This document shows positions 46,437 to 55,801 of a stretch of DNA of 64,000 bases, one piece after another. The stretch comes from Escherichia phage LPEK22. The notes under the pieces were generated by a model. That model had not been told where the DNA came from, made no database searches, and worked only from the letters and a program-made list of their open reading frames with translations. Position 1 is the stretch's first letter, and each line of letters begins with the position of its first letter. The translations under genes and the position numbers were made by a program. The stretch lies in the sequence record OK283619.1; one strand, given 5' to 3'.

Positions 46437-47405
46437 TTAGAAGCTGTCGCCTTCGGTATCAAAGCGGCCTTTGTGCAACGGTTCTAGTTCTATAAACGTC
46501 ATGTCGATTTGTGTCGACACGATGCTGTCATCTTTGTGTACAGCATATGAAGAGTCAGGCGTCTCGTTGACAAACATATTTGATAGGACGCAAGTCGATA
46601 TCCGATGCAACCATTTGTTGCGTTCTCCCTGGACCATGAACGTGATATCAAACGTGGATGGATGAAGATAGAATGCGCTGGAATTCTTGTTGTATTTGTA
46701 TTCTGGATACATGTGCATCTTGAATAAACGGATAATCTCCCGCACCATTTTCGCCTCTTTTTGCGATCTTGGAGTGAATTTGAATGTGAACGGGATTTCT
46801 CGGTTGCGCACCCCTTGGAAAATCATTTCCACATACGGGTTGGTCATCGTACCTGTAAACAATTCTAATGTGTCATGAGCATTAATTGTCGGCAAGAAAG
46901 GAATTGCTTCCGAAGCAGATTGAATGGCCTTTGTTGCCGCAAATCTCCCCATTTCTTTCCCAACATTCAAAGCATCCCCAAGTTTGAATTGACTCATATC
47001 TTGGGCGGCGCGTGATAAGAATTGGGCACCCATACCTGCTAATCCCAACTCGGAGCCGTTCCAGCCAACGCCATAGTTGGTTGTAATGGATTCGGGCATA
47101 CACAACACAATTGACTCGTTAGAGCGGACATGACGCGCCCAAGCATATTTGCTAATAGAACCCGATTTAGAGCCGTAAACCACAGGAGTCTTACCCAATG
47201 GATTTTGTATCGGATTTTCGACGGTTTGGGTTGTGGTGTCTCCATATGAAGAACCAGATATTCGGTTGATGTTGAATAGAACATAATGGCCGAGGGTTTT
47301 ACCCCCTGTTATGTCTAAAGGATAGACCAATTGCTTCTGAGACTTGGCCAAGCCTTTTGTGTTCAGAACTTTGATCTTATCGATGGTCGACTTGAAATTC
47401 GCCAT
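46437..47405 (-). CDS. baseplate tail-tube-associated protein (gp48/gp54-like?)
   Basis: 322 aa, first gene of minus-strand structural block; family assignment tentative. Confidence 0.35.
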   Translation of the reverse strand: MANFKSTIDKIKVLNTKGLAKSQKQLVYPLDITGGKTLGHYVLFNINRISGSSYGDTTTQTVENPIQNPLGKTPVVYGSKSGSISKYAWARHVRSNESIVLCMPESITTNYGVGWNGSELGLAGMGAQFLSRAAQDMSQFKLGDALNVGKEMGRFAATKAIQSASEAIPFLPTINAHDTLELFTGTMTNPYVEMIFQGVRNREIPFTFKFTPRSQKEAKMVREIIRLFKMHMYPEYKYNKNSSAFYLHPSTFDITFMVQGERNKWLHRISTCVLSNMFVNETPDSSYAVHKDDSIVSTQIDMTFIELEPLHKGRFDTEGDSF

Positions 47406-47458
47406 GGTCTGAAGCCCTTTAATTAGAATAGAGTGATGACACTATTTAGGACTAGAAT

Positions 47459-48079
47459 ATGGCTATGTATTTGCAGGGGAAGTATGTTCCCGTAAATCCC
47501 AAGAAATATAAAGGCGACGTGAACAAAATAGTATTTCGTTCTTCGCTAGAACTTGTCGCCTTTAAATTTTGTGATATGAATCCTGCTATCGTCTATTGGT
47601 CTTCAGAAGAAACTGTAATCCCTTACATATCTCCGGTTGATGGCCGCGCCCATCGTTATTTCATGGATTTGAAGGTTTGGACTCGTCGGCAGGATTCCGA
47701 TGAATTACAAATTACTCTTATTGAAATAAAACCCAAAGACCAGATTAAAGAACCTCGCAAAACTAAAACGATGAAGGAATCAACATTCAATAATTCAATG
47801 CGCACTTGGTTGGTAAATCAGGCAAAGTGGACAGCAACTAAAGAACATTGTGCAAAGGTGGGTTGGAAATTCATTATCTGGACAGAAGAACATTTGGTGC
47901 CAGGTGAAGACCCAGAAGTTAAAAAACAATTTGCTCTTCGTTCTAAGAAAAAGCGCGAAGTCGAAATGGAAGATCGACGCCGCGCTCAAAGGATTAATGC
48001 GTTGAAAGAGCAAATGAAGAAGGAAACTGCTAATAAACAACCAACGCAATCGGAAGATGATGGTTTGTTATTACCCTGA
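47459..48079 (+). CDS. head completion protein (T4 gp4 family, PD-(D/E)xK-like)
   Basis: KYKGDVNKIVFRSSLEL...WSSEETVIPYISPVDGRAHRYFMD...LIEIKPKDQ matches recalled gp4-family signature. Confidence 0.55.
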   Translation: MAMYLQGKYVPVNPKKYKGDVNKIVFRSSLELVAFKFCDMNPAIVYWSSEETVIPYISPVDGRAHRYFMDLKVWTRRQDSDELQITLIEIKPKDQIKEPRKTKTMKESTFNNSMRTWLVNQAKWTATKEHCAKVGWKFIIWTEEHLVPGEDPEVKKQFALRSKKKREVEMEDRRRAQRINALKEQMKKETANKQPTQSEDDGLLLP

Positions 48080-48289
48080 TTTCCTTGGATGTCCAGGGGC
48101 AAAGCAAGTTTGTTTGTCCCTGCATATCATCCACCCATCAGCACGGGCTTGTCTAGCACAGTCTCCCCAAGATTCACCAGCATAAGACTTCATCCCACAT
48201 CTGGGGTGATGTTCTTCCCAAGCCCAATTACAAGATTTGCATTCAACACACTCACAATACAAATCGACGGTGTATCCTGCAGTAATCAT
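48071..48289 (-). CDS. Cys-rich small protein (72 aa)
   Basis: CECVECKSC...CGMKS...CARQ...CRDKQTC. Confidence 0.4.
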   Translation of the reverse strand: MITAGYTVDLYCECVECKSCNWAWEEHHPRCGMKSYAGESWGDCARQARADGWMICRDKQTCFAPGHPRKSG

Positions 48290-48697
48290 TTAGTCACCCA
48301 GATGATCATAAATTTTTTGACGGAATTCGTTCCCTTTAGCACAACCTGTAGCCAACAGGCGAGTACCGCCCGTGCCAATAACACTGATGGTTGAAAACTT
48401 CAGGATACGGCCTGTAATAGACTGGTCCACCTTAATGGTTTCTACTTTACCAAGACGAAGTTCATCAGCATCACGACGAATAAATCCCCGTTTGACAATA
48501 ACACGCTTGTTGGTGACTGCGAATTCAGTTGTCAATACATTTAAAATTGTTGGTATCAGAAATAACAAGCTGAATCCAAATGTTGGGATAATCGTTAAAA
48601 TAACCAGAACATAAATCCAAAAACCGCTCCACCAAGTCGGGCGGGTGAAAGCGATGACATGTTCATTTTCGCCGAGCATGCGGTCTACATAACGCAT
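48290..48697 (-). CDS. membrane protein with bacterial PH domain (bPH_2 / DUF304-like)
   Basis: Two TM helices (FWIYVLVILTIIPTFGFSLLFLIPTIL) then YAVTNKRVIVKRG...LRLGKVETIKVDQS...ISVIGTGG. Confidence 0.55.
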   Translation of the reverse strand: MRYVDRMLGENEHVIAFTRPTWWSGFWIYVLVILTIIPTFGFSLLFLIPTILNVLTTEFAVTNKRVIVKRGFIRRDADELRLGKVETIKVDQSITGRILKFSTISVIGTGGTRLLATGCAKGNEFRQKIYDHLGD

Positions 48698-48698
48698 T

Positions 48699-49226
48699 TT
48701 AATTCCTTACTTTGTCTGGGTTGGATAAGATTTGTTCGTATCCGACTTCGCCTTGATCGTCGAAAACGTGTTTAAGGATCGCCATATCGTCTACCATCCG
48801 ATAAACTTCAATTCCAGCGTTCATCAATTTTTTGATTCCATCCATGATACGATATGGCTCTTGATAATATACTTTATCGATCTTGCCGTTGTCGATGATC
48901 TTCTGAGTGCAATCAGGGCATGGGCTATGTGTCACAAACATAACCAACCCTGTGAAATCATCTGCATTTTCGGGGATACGCATTAGAGCATTTTCCTCCG
49001 CATGAATGACACACGGGTTTGTAACAATTTGCCCGTGTTGTTCCATCTCACAAACATTCGGCATGCCAGGAGGCGTTCCGTTCCATCCGATAGCCACAGG
49101 CTGATCAGTTTCAGGGTTTACGATAACACAACCGACTTGCAGACGCCGAGCATAACTGGTTACACCATATGCTGCAGCTGATCGCATATGGGCGAACATC
49201 ATACGTGGTTTAATCATTTTTAACAC
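48699..49226 (-). CDS. dCMP deaminase
   Basis: Zinc-binding HAEENAL and SPCPDC motifs. Confidence 0.8.
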   Translation of the reverse strand: MLKMIKPRMMFAHMRSAAAYGVTSYARRLQVGCVIVNPETDQPVAIGWNGTPPGMPNVCEMEQHGQIVTNPCVIHAEENALMRIPENADDFTGLVMFVTHSPCPDCTQKIIDNGKIDKVYYQEPYRIMDGIKKLMNAGIEVYRMVDDMAILKHVFDDQGEVGYEQILSNPDKVRN

Positions 49227-49617
49227 CCTTTAATTTGTTCATGAAACGGCGGAAAATGCTTGGTTTGTTATTTTCCATATTTTCTGTCAAGGTCAATTTC
49301 ATCACATAATTCGTTGCCATATCAACTTTAGATTCACGGATGAAGATATGTTCCCCTGGTAGATCTATGGCTATCGCTTCAGACACTATTTCTAAAGCTG
49401 AACCAATCATGGCCGCGACTCGAAGATGACCAAAACTTAATACTCCTTTGGCGTCCTTTTCAATGGCACGGTATACTTTATCGACTTCACCAGCCAATAT
49501 TATCTTCAGCCATTCAGTGTATTCCGTATCATAAGGATCATATATGAAAATTTCCCCATATATGAGTTCGTTGTCTTCCCTTCGAGTTAACTCAAACTTC
49601 AGGCGATAACGTTTCAT
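49210..49617 (-). CDS. hypothetical protein (135 aa)
   Basis: ORF. Confidence 0.45.
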   Translation of the reverse strand: MKRYRLKFELTRREDNELIYGEIFIYDPYDTEYTEWLKIILAGEVDKVYRAIEKDAKGVLSFGHLRVAAMIGSALEIVSEAIAIDLPGEHIFIRESKVDMATNYVMKLTLTENMENNKPSIFRRFMNKLKGVKND

Positions 49618-49955
49618 TTGACCACCACATTTTTCTCAATGTAGAAAATAAGATCATCATGGTCCTGGCGACCAAATACTTGTCCCAACGCCAACATAGA
49701 GTTCACAACACCAGAGATAGCCGTGTGGACTTTATCCATACCCAATTTGTCATACGTGATTGGGGACAGTTTTTCCAGTTCAACGTTCACACGTTCAACA
49801 ATGTGAGGTGGGTGATTGATATAACGTTGAAGATACTTTTCACGCAACGCAATTTTTTCGATAAGATCTGACATTTCTGCATTCTCTTCTGAATACAGAC
49901 GTTCTTTAGATTTCAGTTCTTCGAGGCGTTCGTACATTTCTTTTAATGAAATCAT
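49614..49955 (-). CDS. hypothetical protein (113 aa)
   Basis: Start at internal ATG with GGGAGAG SD after terminator hairpin. Confidence 0.45.
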   Translation of the reverse strand: MISLKEMYERLEELKSKERLYSEENAEMSDLIEKIALREKYLQRYINHPPHIVERVNVELEKLSPITYDKLGMDKVHTAISGVVNSMLALGQVFGRQDHDDLIFYIEKNVVVK

Positions 49956-49987
49956 GTTTGTCTCTCCCAATAAATTAAGGGGAAGTA

Positions 49988-50015
49988 TACCTTCCCCTTT
50001 CTTCAATAACCTAAA
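49988..50015 (-). terminator. rho-independent terminator (minus strand)
   Basis: Minus strand GGGGAAG-loop-CTTCCCC followed by TTAATTTATT. Confidence 0.5.
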
Positions 50016-50018
50016 ATA

Positions 50019-50369
50019 TTATTCAGTACATGCTTTACCGAGGTCTGTAAGCCTATAGAATGTTACTTCAGACTTCGGCCAATGCTTATACTCTTCAGAG
50101 TTGTCATGAACCATTGTAAACGCAGGTTCTATCAGACCTTTAGACAACAAGGATTGACCTGAACGCGTATCCCATGGATCACCCTTTACAGAACGAAACC
50201 CGCCAGATATCGGTGGCGCATGAAAAGTCCAAACCGTTTTCCCTTTATCGTTCGTCCAAGATTTGGGATTGAAATACCAATGACAAAGGCGTCTAGCTTC
50301 ACCTTTTTCAAAATTCAACATTCCTAAAAGGACGCAGAGTTGATGTCCTGTGATGCGTGGCTTTTTCAT
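50019..50369 (-). CDS. hypothetical protein (116 aa)
   Basis: ORF. Confidence 0.45.
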   Translation of the reverse strand: MKKPRITGHQLCVLLGMLNFEKGEARRLCHWYFNPKSWTNDKGKTVWTFHAPPISGGFRSVKGDPWDTRSGQSLLSKGLIEPAFTMVHDNSEEYKHWPKSEVTFYRLTDLGKACTE

Positions 50370-50698
50370 AAGATCCCCAAGTCAGTAAGGTAACGATAAA
50401 ACAAGATTATAGACAGAAATCCAATTAACACCCAAGACGACAGGATGGGCTTGCAATTTAGCGTAGTCTTTCCATTGGGTATGTTGGGACTTCCGGTAAT
50501 AACGACGGAGTCTGTTTTGGCTCTCAGCGTCATGACAGAACCCATGAGGATGATTGGGCGCACATAATGCCCTTCATGATTGCGCTTCACGATACATGGT
50601 GAAGAAAATCGCAGGAACGGATCACCGCTTTTATAACCAAATAACTCGACCTTTTGTATTTCTTCGGGTACTTTCTGACCAGGAAAGAATATTCTCAT
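50366..50698 (-). CDS. hypothetical protein with C-terminal TM segment (110 aa)
   Basis: ORF; C-terminal [13 protein letters not shown]. Confidence 0.45.
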
Positions 50699-51255
50699 AA
50701 CACAATTCCTAAATTTGTGTATAATAACTCAGCCAGGGTTACAGGACGCTTGAATTGTTCCCAACTGCAGTTCAGGTATTCGCGCTCTTCGCGAATATTT
50801 TCGTGAAGATGACCATGGATATTATACGCCCAACGGTCTAATTGATAAGGAACATGTGTTGTCAACACACGGCCAACAGGCGTGTCACGTTCATACATAG
50901 CGCCGAAGGAGCTAATCCAGCCGTCCAGATACAGAGACAACAACATCTTAAAGCTGTCATGGTTGCCTTGTGCCACCTTGATGATAAAGTTCGGACGCCA
51001 GTCATCGGGAACGGGGCGTCGCTTAAACTCATCAATGTTTCGCTTGGCACCCTCCCGCATCAGGCGAATGAACCCTTCAGCCCCGATGAAGCATATATCA
51101 CCAGCCAGTTCAAGAACGTCCCGAGACTTCAACCCCTGAAAGATACTGTCAATGACCGCAGCGTCATGGGCTTCCTGTGTATCAAATCCACGCGGTTTAA
51201 AGACCTTCTTATGCCCAAGATGAGTGTCACCAAGGTGCTTTACAATTCCCGCCAT
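50695..51255 (-). CDS. calcineurin-like metallophosphoesterase
   Basis: Motifs [22 protein letters not shown]; start at internal ATG giving TGATG coupling. Confidence 0.6.
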
Positions 51256-51596
51256 TATGGTTTCCTCAGCCATTCTAAAATCGGCACGTTCACAAACCCT
51301 TTATGCCAACGATGCGGTTTGTGACCTCTATTATGTTCGAGCAAACACGTGTCTGGTGGGACACTGAAGTGGATGCCTTCGATGTCGTAGTAATGTCCGT
51401 CAATCAGAGTATACACATGACCTTCGATCTGGCTGTAATGGATCTCTGCTTGAGGATACACATGCTTCAGAACCAGAGCAACCTGATAGCACTTTCCGTT
51501 CTTCCCAACATACTCAACATCCACCTGTTGTGGGAAGACGTCTTTGATAAGATTTATCAATCTCGTGATGTCATTTACAACAACTGAACGTTTCAT
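51255..51596 (-). CDS. hypothetical protein (113 aa)
   Basis: ORF. Confidence 0.45.
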
Positions 51597-51598
51597 CT

Positions 51599-52261
51599 CT
51601 ATGATAACTCATGGCGATGTCGAACACACGCAGGGCAATCACAATTCTTTTTCAAAATTGGCAATTCACACCATGTCATTAAGTCATGTATTGGGGACAT
51701 GTGATGATAGAACCAAGATTTCTTGAGACTAATCAATGGATATAAAATTTCAATAGGTCTTTCCCCGTCTCTGGTCATCATGTTGTACCCTTCAATGACT
51801 TTATTAAAGGCGGGTATCCAGTGTATTGCGTCATCGCCGTTAACATATGCCAATATATACGTGGAAGGCAAGCTCCTGCCTTTAAATTGCGTGTTTAATA
51901 ACCATATCGGGGCTTGTGCTAAACAAGAGCGAAAACCACCGTTCGGGACGTTGATGCTACTGATAGGTTCTTGATGATGTGTCCAACGATACATGAGAAG
52001 TGGGGCATTTTTATTAATCCAGTTGTGTATTTTATTCCTCGCCCAATTTTCGCGCTTAGATTTAAATTTATTATTTTCGAGGTGGCAATACACAGTATGA
52101 ACTGAATATCCTTTCGATAACAACCAAATCAACATGTATGTGCTATCCACCCCACCAGACCAGAACAACGTCACTTCTTGATTATTCTCCGGTAATGGAG
52201 CATCCCCTTGAAGAACACGGTATACAAAATCACAATCAGATATTGAGACAACAATTTCCAT
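51599..52261 (-). CDS. QueC-like PP-loop ATPase (7-cyano-7-deazaguanine synthase family) with divergent active-site region
   Basis: PP-loop FWSGGVDST; C-terminal Cys cluster WCELPILKKNCDCPAC parallels QueC zinc site as recalled; central GVCETDFSGYPDCR-equivalent region replaced. Confidence 0.6.
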   Translation of the reverse strand: MEIVVSISDCDFVYRVLQGDAPLPENNQEVTLFWSGGVDSTYMLIWLLSKGYSVHTVYCHLENNKFKSKRENWARNKIHNWINKNAPLLMYRWTHHQEPISSINVPNGGFRSCLAQAPIWLLNTQFKGRSLPSTYILAYVNGDDAIHWIPAFNKVIEGYNMMTRDGERPIEILYPLISLKKSWFYHHMSPIHDLMTWCELPILKKNCDCPACVRHRHELS

Positions 52262-52557
52262 TAAAATATTCCTCTTAAAGAATCATTTATCCTGCGCAAT
52301 TCGTTTTCCACTTTTATCTTCATATTTTTATCGTCGTTCACGAAAATCATTTTATCTAAATCTTCGCCATTAATCTTTGTATAAAAATAAATGTCATGCT
52401 CAAAGAAAATCGTTTTTCCAACAGAACGCATGGCAAAGAACGTTGCGATAGTTCTTGATAAAGGTTTGAATTTAATGGCATTGAAACGCAAAGCCTGATA
52501 GAGAGGTTTTAATGTTCCTAAGCGAATACAATGCTGGATAATTTCTTGCTCTTTCAT
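52261..52557 (-). CDS. hypothetical protein (98 aa)
   Basis: ORF. Confidence 0.45.
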   Translation of the reverse strand: MKEQEIIQHCIRLGTLKPLYQALRFNAIKFKPLSRTIATFFAMRSVGKTIFFEHDIYFYTKINGEDLDKMIFVNDDKNMKIKVENELRRINDSLRGIF

Positions 52558-52595
52558 TTGTTGTGCGCCATAAAGATATGATGGTACAATGATAA

Positions 52596-52630
52596 TACAT
52601 TATACAAATAGAAAAGCCCCTTTCGGGGCT
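52596..52630 (-). terminator. rho-independent terminator (minus strand)
   Basis: Minus strand AGCCCC-GAAA-GGGGCT followed by TTTCTATTTG. Confidence 0.55.
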
Positions 52631-52920
52631 TATTTGTCTTCAGATTCGTACAAACGCCAATTGCCGATGCTAAACCATTCCCCCACATTATTTGAATATC
52701 TGGTTGTTCGGACTCCTCCGACTTCATACGCCCATTTGAAGAATTTCCATTTGGACGATAAAGAAGGGCATTCGCTTCCGGATTTCAAAGAACACGCTGT
52801 GAGCCAACGCGTAATACTGAGAGCCTGAAAAATCGGATGGATAAATGAAGAATACAATATCCAAAGCGTTATGGCAACAAAAACAATGGTCGTGATCACC
52901 CCGACAATTTGAAAGAACAT
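52630..52920 (-). CDS. small membrane protein (96 aa)
   Basis: N-terminal TM VGVITTIVFVAITLWILYSSF. Confidence 0.4.
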   Translation of the reverse strand: MFFQIVGVITTIVFVAITLWILYSSFIHPIFQALSITRWLTACSLKSGSECPSLSSKWKFFKWAYEVGGVRTTRYSNNVGEWFSIGNWRLYESEDK

Positions 52921-52996
52921 TTAAGAACCTCCAAAATATTGAACACAGACTATGAAGAAAACTATGATTGTAAACAACCATGAAACAAGGAAAGAT

Positions 52997-53629
52997 TCAT
53001 CCTTCCACCTTCAGCCCCATCAGGTCTTCCATGGTTTTCTGAATGCGTAGCCAGTCAAGCGCCGCATCATAACGAGGGTCATGATAGATCATACCTTCCA
53101 GTTCCCACGCCTTGATACCAGCATATCGATCCTGCTGCCCAACACCCTTCAGCCAGCTTACGATGTCAAATGTGTGGTGATAGTCCCAAGGTTCGTTGGA
53201 ATCTTGCTTACACGTCACCTCAATGATGTGCTGAGCCTTGCGTAGGTCAAACAGATTCCTATCACACCAGTCAACCGATCGCGGGTCGATCCCAAGGCGA
53301 TGGCATCCCCTGCGAATTTCATCGGCCAATTTGAAAATAGAAATATCCTTGTCGGTCGGATATAGACTGATAGCTCGGGCGGCGTCGCACGGGTTGCGTT
53401 TACCTGTACCCAGCCACCATTCCACAGTGCCCTGGTCTTTCACACGGCCAAGTTCAATCTGTTCTTTGACATTCAGTTTGATAAATGTCGTGCGCTCTAC
53501 AACAAGCTGCTGAAGAGTATAACGCTTGGTCAGGTCGGCGATAGTCTGTGCCCAAGACAACATGACAGCATCATCCCAACGACCGAGAGTTTCGCTATCA
53601 GCGACGGCCAAGAAATTAGATTTATACAT
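52997..53629 (-). CDS. DEDDh-type 3'-5' exonuclease-like protein (DexA-like?)
   Basis: Candidate Exo I motif VADSET and Exo III-like YHHTFD. Confidence 0.4.
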   Translation of the reverse strand: MYKSNFLAVADSETLGRWDDAVMLSWAQTIADLTKRYTLQQLVVERTTFIKLNVKEQIELGRVKDQGTVEWWLGTGKRNPCDAARAISLYPTDKDISIFKLADEIRRGCHRLGIDPRSVDWCDRNLFDLRKAQHIIEVTCKQDSNEPWDYHHTFDIVSWLKGVGQQDRYAGIKAWELEGMIYHDPRYDAALDWLRIQKTMEDLMGLKVEG

Positions 53630-53966
53630 CAGTTTCCCCTGCTTTCTCTAAAAGAAGTTTCAAAGGATATGTCCCACAAGCGGTGGCATACTCGACTTTG
53701 AAATATGAATTATCGTTCATGGCGAAATTTCGATGTGGGAAATATTCCCCGTCATCCAACCCGCCTAATCCCCCGCCGACGCGATATTGTTTTAACTCGA
53801 CTTCGCCGCCATAACGGAGTTGGGCATATAGGCCGATAGGAGCGCGAACATAATGCTCCAGCCATACCCAATTTCCATCGTGTAAACGTGTAGGGATAAA
53901 TGCAAAACGCACCTTGGGATGAAGAACGGCTTTGGCGAGCATCTCTTCTGTTATTTCACGCTTCAT
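53622..53966 (-). CDS. hypothetical protein (114 aa)
   Basis: ORF. Confidence 0.45.
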   Translation of the reverse strand: MKREITEEMLAKAVLHPKVRFAFIPTRLHDGNWVWLEHYVRAPIGLYAQLRYGGEVELKQYRVGGGLGGLDDGEYFPHRNFAMNDNSYFKVEYATACGTYPLKLLLEKAGETDV

Positions 53967-54568
53967 CCAATACCTTCCTCTTCGATGATATCTTCTTCAC
54001 TAGCGACGACAGAGATTCCGTAGTCTACCATCTGGGAAAGTTCTTGTAAATCTTGTTCAAACCCGTCACCCTGTCGGATATAAAAGACGGGTACGACACG
54101 ACGCCTGGTATCTTCGAAGATAGTATCTGCGATTTTATTAATCTGGCTCACCACATGAAACAGTTTCAATCCACCGATGCCACAGCCGATGGCGGGTAAA
54201 CCAACATAGACTGTTTCGTCAGTTTTTGCCTCAATGATATCGTGAACTTGTTCAAACATAATCTGAACTGAACTGATAATGGAAGGCATGCGTGCGTTAG
54301 GACCAGGGTAGAACTGAGTGTACAAATTGAATCCCCAGACACCAGTGTCATGATCAAACGCATAGGACATGTTCCCCAAACGTTGTTCCGGACCACGTTC
54401 ATCTAATTGGTCGGCTCGGTAAATTTCTGGGAAATCTAATCGAACATGGTTGGCGATACCTGCGCCCATCACAGACCAACAATTTGCGCCATGAGCGAAA
54501 GCATTGATGAGATTAAAACTCGTAGCGGCTTTCAGTAAATCGCCGTTTGTGATAACATATGTGGTCAT
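53963..54568 (-). CDS. macro-domain protein (ADP-ribose binding / hydrolase-like)
   Basis: INAFAHGANCWSVMGAGIA resembles macro-domain NAAN...GGGV motif; ATGA coupling at chosen start. Confidence 0.6.
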   Translation of the reverse strand: MTTYVITNGDLLKAATSFNLINAFAHGANCWSVMGAGIANHVRLDFPEIYRADQLDERGPEQRLGNMSYAFDHDTGVWGFNLYTQFYPGPNARMPSIISSVQIMFEQVHDIIEAKTDETVYVGLPAIGCGIGGLKLFHVVSQINKIADTIFEDTRRRVVPVFYIRQGDGFEQDLQELSQMVDYGISVVASEEDIIEEEGIG

Positions 54569-54801
54569 GCGTAACGTCTCCATTGTATAATTTCGTTGTT
54601 GACACAGCTAACCTGGATGATACACATATTCTGGCGATGGTCAGTGAGTGTCATAATAAAACTGTCTGTCTGTGCCATAACGCAATTGACAGATATTCCT
54701 CGCATTATCAAACGAACACAGATTTCTTGATATAATCGTTTCATGTATCCTGAAACTGAAGCGGACTCATACACGCGTTCAAATTCATATAACTCGTTCA
54801 T
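54565..54801 (-). CDS. hypothetical protein (78 aa)
   Basis: ORF. Confidence 0.4.
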   Translation of the reverse strand: MNELYEFERVYESASVSGYMKRLYQEICVRLIMRGISVNCVMAQTDSFIMTLTDHRQNMCIIQVSCVNNEIIQWRRYA

Positions 54802-55022
54802 TTATTCAGACCATCAATAGCGTGTTCAGAAATATATTCAACGAATTGGTTATCAGCTGCCATCTTTAAAAGTTCAAATAATTCCGTTCCAACGGTACTC
54901 CCAAACATCCCTTCCAATACACCCTGAACATCTTCATCTATTTCTTCGATGACGAGTCCATACGATTTCAGGCGGCGTGAAATAGCACGGAACTGGGCAA
55001 TATCACCAATTTCATTTGCCAT
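54798..55022 (-). CDS. hypothetical acidic protein (74 aa)
   Basis: ORF. Confidence 0.4.
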   Translation of the reverse strand: MANEIGDIAQFRAISRRLKSYGLVIEEIDEDVQGVLEGMFGSTVGTELFELLKMAADNQFVEYISEHAIDGLNK

Positions 55023-55071
55023 GTTATTTGTCTCATTATGGGGTTAGGCGGCAATTATACCGCCAATTTAT

Positions 55072-55485
55072 TCAATAGAGGTCTTCGGAAAAGAGTTCTT
55101 TGAAAGGAGTGTTCTTCAAACGGACCTGATTAGTTTGTCCGGCTTCACGAGCGACCACAGCAGCCTCTTCACGGGACATCCATTGCCCATAGTTATCAAT
55201 AAACCCTTGTTCACGAGTGTGGGTGGTTTCGATAATACCTGCTTCCTTCAATCGTTTGAGTTGCGTGTTCATCAATTTGTCGTGATGTCGGGCGCTTACA
55301 ACGATCACATCACCATATTTGTTGGCAGCAGCCACAACACGCCGATCAAACTTGGTTGGGTCAGGTATATCACGAGCATACAAGGCGATGTGAGTGTCGT
55401 TCACGTCCCCTTTCACTTCAGAGTATAATTGACACCCATTAGGAGATCCAGTAGGCAAAGAACGAAAATATCCAAGTAATTTCAT
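55072..55485 (-). CDS. hypothetical protein (137 aa)
   Basis: ORF. Confidence 0.45.
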   Translation of the reverse strand: MKLLGYFRSLPTGSPNGCQLYSEVKGDVNDTHIALYARDIPDPTKFDRRVVAAANKYGDVIVVSARHHDKLMNTQLKRLKEAGIIETTHTREQGFIDNYGQWMSREEAAVVAREAGQTNQVRLKNTPFKELFSEDLY

Positions 55486-55488
55486 AAT

Positions 55489-55800
55489 CTAATCTATCCA
55501 TATTTCAGGTTCAGGAATATCGACCATCTCCACGGTTTGATTCTTTAATTCGTGGAAACAATCTCCAAGGAATTGTAATTTGCCATCTGTCAAAAATAAA
55601 TGGCAACGGCTATTTGGATCAGAATGATTCACCAACAGACTAGGAGTGAAAGTCGGTGCTTCGAGATCGTGATTCCATTGCCATATTGGGCCAGGCGTTT
55701 GCCCTGAAATGCGATAAGGATGAAGCATATTACATCCAGGACAATGAAAATATATGGAACCACCCATTGATAATAATTTTGGGGTCAATAATTTTGACAT
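55489..55800 (-). CDS. hypothetical Cys/His-containing protein (103 aa)
   Basis: Internal ATG with GGAGG SD; motifs YFHCPGC...DCFH. Confidence 0.45.
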   Translation of the reverse strand: MSKLLTPKLLSMGGSIYFHCPGCNMLHPYRISGQTPGPIWQWNHDLEAPTFTPSLLVNHSDPNSRCHLFLTDGKLQFLGDCFHELKNQTVEMVDIPEPEIWID

Positions 55801-55801
55801 A

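Noticed and set aside
49988-50025. Plus-strand TTTCTTCAATAA...TATTAT resembling an early promoter, which would drive antisense transcription into minus-strand genes
   Set aside because: More simply explained as the T-rich side of a minus-strand terminator; no plus-strand gene downstream
52596-52606. TATAAT on the minus strand after the terminator at about 52610-52630, considered as a promoter for gene 52261..52557
   Set aside because: No acceptable -35 at 17 nt (that position lies in the terminator stem); kept only as a terminator
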